DNA of 45,412 nucleotides, taken from contig CAYTLJ010000003.1 in NCBI GenBank assembly GCA_964438555.1, positions 6,621 through 52,032 on the forward strand, written 5' to 3'. Numbering within the stretch: position 1 is the stretch's first letter; the number at the start of each line of letters is the position of its first letter. Below the pieces are notes generated by a model. It worked only from the letters and a program-made list of their open reading frames with translations. It did not search any database and was not told the DNA's origin. Of this stretch, positions 39,161 through 45,412 are shown piece after piece. The translations under genes and the position numbers were made by a program. This DNA is from an uncultured Algimonas sp. Lineage in GTDB: Bacteria; Pseudomonadota; Alphaproteobacteria; Caulobacterales; Maricaulaceae.

Positions 39161-39694
39161 ATGTCAGATAAACGCCATAAAAAGGACGTGTTAGGCCGCT
39201 GGGTTGAGACCCAGCCTGGTCGTCCACAATTTCGAGCGGCCCCGAGTGCAGGTCTAGCCATTTCCAAAGTTATGCGCCCGCTTGCCAAAAAATATGGTGG
39301 CGGCAGTTCAGCCTTAGCCCTCGAGAAAATATGGCCAGAGATTGTAGGGCCACGCTGGTCCAAAATCTCATCGCCCGTCCGCTTTTTGGGGGGACGAAAC
39401 GGCCGAACACTTATTATCACAGCGCCTGGTGCTGCATCTGCACTTATTTTGGCACAATCTGGCCCGATTGTAGAAAGACTAAATGCCCATTTAGGTTCTG
39501 GTCATGTTCGACAGATTAAGGTGATTCAGAGTCGCATGATTCAGGCGTCTGATTCAGGTCCTAAACGTGGCATATCTCCACGAAAGGCATCAGACCTAAA
39601 TAGCGGTTTATCAAATATTGATAACCCTAAATTAAAAGCGGCGTTAGAAGCAATGGGACGCGGAGTTTTGAGTAAGGTTGAACGTAAATTATGA
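39161..39694 (+). CDS. DciA/DUF721-family protein
   Basis: WPEIVG..W, TL.I, I.ERLN..LG...V.QI.V.Q, L..ALE.MG. Divergent from mutY, the usual alphaproteobacterial position. Confidence 0.8.
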   Translation: MSDKRHKKDVLGRWVETQPGRPQFRAAPSAGLAISKVMRPLAKKYGGGSSALALEKIWPEIVGPRWSKISSPVRFLGGRNGRTLIITAPGAASALILAQSGPIVERLNAHLGSGHVRQIKVIQSRMIQASDSGPKRGISPRKASDLNSGLSNIDNPKLKAALEAMGRGVLSKVERKL

Positions 39695-40398
39695 GACTAA
39701 ATTCTTTCGTCGCCAGTTTAGCCATAATGCTCATGCCTTTTGCAGCCACAGCTCAAACAAATGGTGCCAATCAACCAAACATTCCTGCCCATATTAGTGA
39801 AACAATCTTTGTTCAATCACCTGATGACCATGTTTTAGGCAGCGAAACCGCGGTACAATCCATGATTGTCTATGCCTCTGTCACCTGCCCGCATTGTGGC
39901 GGCTGGTTCAGCGAAGAATGGCCAAAAGTCAAAACCGAATTAATCGATGCGGGTATTATGCGCTTTATCTTTCGCGAATTTCCAACGGCGCCTTCAGAAA
40001 TGTCTGTAACCGGCTTTATGTTGGCATCTTGCGCCCCAACGGATCAATATTTCGACATCATAGAATACCAGATGGAAAATCAACAACAGATATTCAAGGA
40101 TGCGCGAGAGGGTCGCGCAAAAGAGGCTTATGATAAGATTGCCGCTAAGGCCGGGATGACGGAACCGGAAGCCGTGGCAGCCTGCCTCGGCAATCCCGAT
40201 ATACTCAGACATATTCAAGACAATGTGCAACGCGCGCGGCTCGGCGGTGTTGAGGGCGTTCCAGCCTTTTTTATCAATGGTCAGCTTTATAAGGGTCCTA
40301 GTGATGCGGATAGTTTGATCGATTTGGTCAAAACGCTCGACAAAAATCGTGTCACCACACTCCCGACTGAATTGACTGCGCCAAAGGCGAAACGATAA
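39691..40398 (+). CDS. DsbA-family thioredoxin-fold protein
   Basis: Signal peptide; YASVTCPHC, FREFPT, GV.GVP.FFING. Confidence 0.9.
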   Translation: MRLNSFVASLAIMLMPFAATAQTNGANQPNIPAHISETIFVQSPDDHVLGSETAVQSMIVYASVTCPHCGGWFSEEWPKVKTELIDAGIMRFIFREFPTAPSEMSVTGFMLASCAPTDQYFDIIEYQMENQQQIFKDAREGRAKEAYDKIAAKAGMTEPEAVAACLGNPDILRHIQDNVQRARLGGVEGVPAFFINGQLYKGPSDADSLIDLVKTLDKNRVTTLPTELTAPKAKR

Positions 40399-40528
40399 TC
40401 AGCTTGGCTAAGCTAAGCTTAAAGTGAATCCTGATTGAGGTGTAATGCTCTAGTGACCATCCACAGAGATTTAGCTAGCTGTTCATACAGGCTCTTGCCA
40501 TAACCGCATAAATCTCAAGGATATCAGC

Positions 40529-41212
40529 ATGTTTGCTATTGATTCGCTTTCCCGACGCCTCCTCCTCACTTTGATGGGCTCAGCACTCGCGCTTTCGGCC
40601 TGTGGGGGTGACAAGTCTAAATCATCCATAGGTTCGGATGGGGAATATACAGTTGAAGGGGATTATATTCTTGGCGAGGCAAATGCGCCCGTAACATTGG
40701 TCGAATATGCATCTGTTGCCTGTGGCGGTTGTGCCTATTGGCACAATAATGTCTATCCAGACCTCAAATCGAAATATATTTCGACAGGTAAAGTCAAATA
40801 TGTCTTCCGGCCCTTCCCTGCCTCGACGCCGCAAATTGCGAATACAGGACATAAGCTTGCTTATTGCTCTCCGCGCGACAAATTTTTCAAAAACATTGAC
40901 CTCCAATTCGAAGCCCAACCGCGACTCTTCAAAGCTGCGCAAGAGGGGCGCTTAAGACAAGCTTATGTCAGCCTTGCTAAGGCTTCAGGTCTTTCTGAAG
41001 ACGAATTTATCGCCTGCCTGACGGATGAAGAAATTGAAAAGCGCTATGAGCGTGATACGCAATTAGGCGTAGATATGGGCGTCACGGGAACACCAAGTGT
41101 TTTCGTTAATGGTGTCAAAACGGACGGGACCGATCTTGAATCGATAGAAAAACTCCTCCTACCAGCTTTAGGGGAAGAGATTCCTGTCAAAGAAGAAGGT
41201 GCGGCCGAGTAA
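40529..41212 (+). CDS. DsbA-family lipoprotein
   Basis: SRR..L and lipobox LSAC; LG..NAPVT.VEYAS..CGGC, GV.GTPS.FVNG. Confidence 0.9.
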   Translation: MFAIDSLSRRLLLTLMGSALALSACGGDKSKSSIGSDGEYTVEGDYILGEANAPVTLVEYASVACGGCAYWHNNVYPDLKSKYISTGKVKYVFRPFPASTPQIANTGHKLAYCSPRDKFFKNIDLQFEAQPRLFKAAQEGRLRQAYVSLAKASGLSEDEFIACLTDEEIEKRYERDTQLGVDMGVTGTPSVFVNGVKTDGTDLESIEKLLLPALGEEIPVKEEGAAE

Positions 41213-41215
41213 GCC

Positions 41216-44200
41216 ATGACGTCGCTCGTCTTTAATTCGATCAAGCTGACGGGGTTTAAATCCTTTGTCGAGCCGACCGAGTTCCTGATCGAGCCCGGGC
41301 TCACAGGGATTGTTGGCCCGAATGGGTGCGGAAAATCTAATCTTCTTGAAGCCATACGTTGGGTCATGGGCGCAAATTCTGCTAAAGCCATGCGCGGGGC
41401 CGCCATGGAAGATGTTATCTTTAATGGCACAAAAACAAGGCCCGGACGAAACCAGGCTCATGTTGTTCTCAATGTCGATAATTCAGCGCGTATCGCACCA
41501 CCTGCCTTTAATGACAGCGATGAGCTGGAAATTATGCGGATTATTGAAAAGTCAAAAGGCTCAAAATATAAAATTAACGGCAAAACCGTTCGCGCTAAAG
41601 ATGTTCAGTTACTTTTCGCTGACGCCTCGACCGGCGCCAATTCACCTGCCCTTGTTCGTCAGGGTCAAATCTCAGAATTGATTGCGGCGAAACCCTCTAA
41701 TCGGCGCCGCATCTTGGAAGAAGCCGCTGGTATTTCAGGTCTACATTCCAGACGTCACGAAGCCGAATTACGCCTCCGGGCCGCCGAGAACAATCTTAAC
41801 CGCCTAGACGATATTATTGGCCAGATTGAAAGCCAGCTTCTCTCTTTGAGACGCCAATCTCGTCAAGCCGCACGCTATAAGCGTCTGGCAGGCGAAATTC
41901 ATGAATTCAAAGCCTTGCTTTGGCTCAAGCGTTGGCAATCAGCACTCGACACCTTGCAAGCCGCACAAGAAGACTTACGCGAGCGCGAAAATACTGTTGC
42001 GGACACGCAAGTCAAAGCGTCTGAAGCCATTCGCCACGCCGATGAACTCTCTGCTCTGCTTGAGCCAAAAAGAGAGGAACAACTTATTGCGGCCGCACTC
42101 TTGGCACGATTAAATGCGGCTAAAGAAGCGCTCGAGCAAGATGAAGCCTCTGCAAAATCTGAGATCCACAAATTAGAAAACCAACTCAAAGATATTTCTT
42201 CTGATCTGGAACATGAGACCCATGTCGTCAGCGACGCGGCAGAAGCCGAAAAGAGATTAGCGGCTGAGCATGCTGAATTATCAGCGTTAAAAGATATGTC
42301 GGCCGCGCTAGACGCAGCGGCAGACGCCGCATCTGAGGCTTTGAAAATCCGCAATCGTTTAAATGAGGACTTTACAGAGCTTACCCGAAAAACGGCGGAT
42401 CAGGCGGCGCGTCGTGACGCGGCTGAACGCGAATTGACACAGGCGCAGCAACGTCAATCCCGCATTAAAATTGAGCTGGATCAAGCGAAAGAAAAATTAG
42501 AAGGTCTAGATGTCGAGAGTTTTGGGAATGCCAATCTCTTTACGTCTGCGGCGCAAGACGCGCTTAACGCCCTAGAAACGGCGCGTAAAACTGAGCAACA
42601 GCTCACAGCAGATAAAAGTGCCGCCGAAGATGCAGATAATAAAGCCAGAGAATATTTATCTAATTGCCGACAAGCTGCGCAAAAACTGACATCTGAAAAA
42701 TCTGCATTAGAAAATGTATTGCGCCGGTCTGAGCAAGCAGATTGGGCACCAGCGCTTGACAGTATCCAAGCCAAAACGGGTTACGAACAAGCTCTGGCTG
42801 CCGTTTTAGGGGAAGATCTTGATGCCGCAATTGGCGGCTCAGCGGGACTGAGATGGGACGGCGCCGACGCACCAAGCCAGGACCTACCAACAGGCGTTGC
42901 GCCTATTACTGATTATATTACGGCGCCAAAAGAGTTGCAGGCCCGGCTGTCACAAATTGGCGTCGCATCTAAGGCCGATCTAGACCGCCTTGCTGGAGCG
43001 CTTAAGCCGGGGCAACGTCTTGTCAGCCCAGAGGGTGATGTCGTGCGCTGGGATGGCTTCACCATTGCCTCTGGTGTCGAGACATCAGCTGCGATCAAAC
43101 TAAAACAACAAAACCGCGTATCTGAATTATCCCGTGATATTGAAACGGCTCAGGCTGAGGTTGAAACAGCCAGTCAAGCCTTTGAAGCTGCCCGCGAGAC
43201 CCGTCAGGCGGCGGAAACATCAGCCCGCGAAGCGCGCAAAGCCTTGCCGGATCTTGAACGCGCTGACCGAGCCGCGCAGGCCGCAATGGCGCAATATGAA
43301 ACGGATATCGCACGGGCCTCTGCTCAAAAAACAAGTCTCGAAGACCGCGTGAAAAGGCTCACAATCGAAGCTGAAGATGTGGCCGCTCAGGTCCAAAAAG
43401 CTGACGCCAATCTATCTGAACATTCTCAAGGTGAAGATCTTTCAGAGGAACGCGGCACACTCTCTCAAAAACTCAACGAAGCGAGAGATGTGGCTGATGA
43501 AGCCAGCGCACAATATCGCAGCCTGAAAAATGAATCAGAAGCTCGCGCATCCCGCTTAAATGCAGTCGAAACAGAACGACAAAATTGGGCGCGGCGGTCA
43601 GAAAATGCGACCCAACGTTTGGCAACGCTGGAAAACCGTAAGGCGGCTGTCAATATGTCGCTCAAAGCCGCAACAGAAGGGCCGGATCAATTTGCGGAAA
43701 GACGTCGACAATTATTTGCTGAACTCTCGGCCGCGGAAGCGCGCAGAAACACAGCTGCAGATGTTTTGTCCGTATCTGAAAAAGAAACAGCCGATGCGGT
43801 CCAAGCCGCGCGCCAAGCGGAAACTGATGCCAGCACGGCACGTGAGGCGCGCGCCGCCTCTCAGGCCCGATTAACTGCAGCCCAAGAGCGCATTGGTGAG
43901 ACCAAAGCGCGTGTCAATGAAACGCTAAATTGTGAACCGTCTGAGTTGAAGTCTCACTTGGGCGAGTTATCGGCAGACTCTGGCCTCTCAGAGAATGATA
44001 TTGAGCGTAAGCTTGAGCGTCTTAGCAAAGAACGCGAAAAAATGGGCGGGGTGAATTTGCGCGCCGATGAAGAAGCGGTTGAGCAAGAAGAACGCCTCAC
44101 GGCCATGGCCGAAGAAAAAGAAGATTTGATCAAAGCCATTGCCCGTCTCCGCGAAGGTATTGATGAATTAAACACGGAAGGTCGTCAGAGATTGCTGGCC

Positions 44201-44668
44201 GCGTTTGATCTCGTCAATGGACATTTTGGGCGTCTCTTCCAGACTCTATTTGGCGGCGGGGAAGCCGCGCTTGCCTTGACTGAATCTGATGACCCTCTTG
44301 AAGCTGGCCTCGAAGTTATGGCGCGCCCGCCTGGTAAATCACTTAAAGCCATGTCACTCTTATCTGGGGGTGAACAAGCGATGACGGCCACGGCGCTTAT
44401 TTTTGCAGTCTTCCTCTCAAACCCTGCCCCCGTTTGTGTGCTTGATGAGGTCGATGCACCGCTCGATGATGCCAATGTTGGCCGCTATTGCGACCTGCTG
44501 GATGATATGAAGAAAAATACAAATACGAAATTCATCGCGATTACGCATAATCCCGTCACGATGAGCCGGATGGACCGCCTCTTTGGCGTAACAATGGCCG
44601 AACAAGGCGTCAGCCAACTCCTCTCCATTGAACTTGCCAAAGCCGAGGCCCTTGTCGCAGCGGAATAA
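41216..44668 (+). CDS. smc: Chromosome segregation protein SMC
   Basis: GFKSF, Walker A GPNGCGKSN, long coiled coils around a central hinge, LSGGE, LDEVDAPLDD.N, ITHN, GVTM.E.GVS. Confidence 0.96.
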   Translation: MTSLVFNSIKLTGFKSFVEPTEFLIEPGLTGIVGPNGCGKSNLLEAIRWVMGANSAKAMRGAAMEDVIFNGTKTRPGRNQAHVVLNVDNSARIAPPAFNDSDELEIMRIIEKSKGSKYKINGKTVRAKDVQLLFADASTGANSPALVRQGQISELIAAKPSNRRRILEEAAGISGLHSRRHEAELRLRAAENNLNRLDDIIGQIESQLLSLRRQSRQAARYKRLAGEIHEFKALLWLKRWQSALDTLQAAQEDLRERENTVADTQVKASEAIRHADELSALLEPKREEQLIAAALLARLNAAKEALEQDEASAKSEIHKLENQLKDISSDLEHETHVVSDAAEAEKRLAAEHAELSALKDMSAALDAAADAASEALKIRNRLNEDFTELTRKTADQAARRDAAERELTQAQQRQSRIKIELDQAKEKLEGLDVESFGNANLFTSAAQDALNALETARKTEQQLTADKSAAEDADNKAREYLSNCRQAAQKLTSEKSALENVLRRSEQADWAPALDSIQAKTGYEQALAAVLGEDLDAAIGGSAGLRWDGADAPSQDLPTGVAPITDYITAPKELQARLSQIGVASKADLDRLAGALKPGQRLVSPEGDVVRWDGFTIASGVETSAAIKLKQQNRVSELSRDIETAQAEVETASQAFEAARETRQAAETSAREARKALPDLERADRAAQAAMAQYETDIARASAQKTSLEDRVKRLTIEAEDVAAQVQKADANLSEHSQGEDLSEERGTLSQKLNEARDVADEASAQYRSLKNESEARASRLNAVETERQNWARRSENATQRLATLENRKAAVNMSLKAATEGPDQFAERRRQLFAELSAAEARRNTAADVLSVSEKETADAVQAARQAETDASTAREARAASQARLTAAQERIGETKARVNETLNCEPSELKSHLGELSADSGLSENDIERKLERLSKEREKMGGVNLRADEEAVEQEERLTAMAEEKEDLIKAIARLREGIDELNTEGRQRLLAAFDLVNGHFGRLFQTLFGGGEAALALTESDDPLEAGLEVMARPPGKSLKAMSLLSGGEQAMTATALIFAVFLSNPAPVCVLDEVDAPLDDANVGRYCDLLDDMKKNTNTKFIAITHNPVTMSRMDRLFGVTMAEQGVSQLLSIELAKAEALVAAE

Positions 44669-44670
44669 TT

Positions 44671-44709
44671 TGTCCCGACACGAATTTAGCCGTGTCCCGA
44701 CATGATTTC
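44671..44709. repeat. Direct repeat of a palindromic box, 22-bp period
   Basis: TGTCCCGACAcGAaTTT at 44671 and TGTCCCGACAtGAtTTC at 44693; each core is TGTC-N2-GACA. Confidence 0.85.
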
Positions 44710-44769
44710 ACTGGCCTGAGCGCTCGCAGATTGTGATGTTTGGCGTGCGGGTTAATTCTGACTCATATT

Positions 44770-45387
44770 ATGGAAATCAAAATGAAATCGTCGAAAAAAT
44801 CAGAAACGATTGAAATCAGATTATCATATGAGGACAAACAGGCCTTACAAGCCAAAGCCTCAAAACAAGGCCGAACTGTCAGTTCAGTCATCAGAAGCTT
44901 GATAGCTGATTATATGTTGAAAGATGAAACCCGCCCTTATTCAACCCGATTAAAGGCATTTATCATGACAATGAAATCCAAACCCAAATCAATCGCCGCA
45001 ACTCTGCTTGCCTGTGCTTTAGCCCCTTTTGCTTATGTGCAATATGCAGCGGCCGAAGATATTTCAGTCAAGCTAGACGGCGAGTATATCATTCCGCTCC
45101 CTGCCAGCGGTGAAGGATGGTCTCATAAGAAGAGCTTTTCGATAGAAACGCATTTCGATAATGGTGGTGATGCAACATTCGACATAGCACCTGACATGAC
45201 CATGTATATTAAAGTTGAGCAGAGTGGTGACAATCTTTTCCTCGAAATGGTGATCAAGGATAATGATGAAGTGATAGCCGAACCTAGAATCACGACAACA
45301 TATGATACGCCTGTACGTGTTGAGGTCGGGTCGGAGAACGGAAGTATGTTCACGCTCAATGCACTGCCCGAGAAATTGGAACATTAG
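44770..45387 (+). CDS. Ribbon-helix-helix (CopG-like) domain fused to a signal/TM segment and an extracytoplasmic beta domain
   Basis: KKSETIEIRLSYEDKQAL..KA...GRTVSSVIRSLI..Y (RHH pattern); SIAATLLACALAPFAYVQYAAA; acidic beta-rich C-terminal domain. Start is ATG 44770 or 44782. Confidence 0.72.
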   Translation: MEIKMKSSKKSETIEIRLSYEDKQALQAKASKQGRTVSSVIRSLIADYMLKDETRPYSTRLKAFIMTMKSKPKSIAATLLACALAPFAYVQYAAAEDISVKLDGEYIIPLPASGEGWSHKKSFSIETHFDNGGDATFDIAPDMTMYIKVEQSGDNLFLEMVIKDNDEVIAEPRITTTYDTPVRVEVGSENGSMFTLNALPEKLEH

Positions 45388-45412
45388 CCCGTTTTGAGTG
45401 CATGGTATGATT

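Noticed and set aside
41216..44668. SMC-based defence system (Wadjet/Lamassu)
   Set aside because: Canonical housekeeping Smc in the conserved mutY-dciA-dsbA context, with no jet/lmu partners.

Overview
Gene-dense chromosomal window from an alphaproteobacterium. ccrM, petABC, CtrA-type boxes and the mutY-dciA-dsbA-dsbA-smc order point to the Caulobacterales/Maricaulales neighbourhood, and many exported lipoproteins fit an aquatic member; this placement is inference. Most of it is housekeeping: dut, cysK, moeB-like, mtnP, petABC, trmL, hemF, uppP, dapD, cobB, ccrM, mutY, smc. I saw no rRNA, tRNA, CRISPR array, transposase, integrase or phage gene. The accessory parts worth attention are: (i) a PrtD/HlyD type I secretion pair divergent from an outer-membrane-factor lipoprotein, with a perfect CtrA box, a G8 tract and a 19-bp palindrome packed between them and no substrate nearby; (ii) a rearranged Pseudomonas-style (class II) PHA cluster, phasin-phaC-phaZ-phasin-phaD, with a structured C-rich 3' UTR; (iii) a CsoR-type repressor divergent from an apparently leaderless three-gene operon (putative beta-barrel, exported CxxC HMA protein, MerT-like membrane protein) with no merA or Cu-ATPase in the window; (iv) after smc, a ribbon-helix-helix domain fused through a signal/TM segment to an extracytoplasmic domain, preceded by two palindromic boxes 22 bp apart. 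All calls come from reading motifs by eye; no searches were run.
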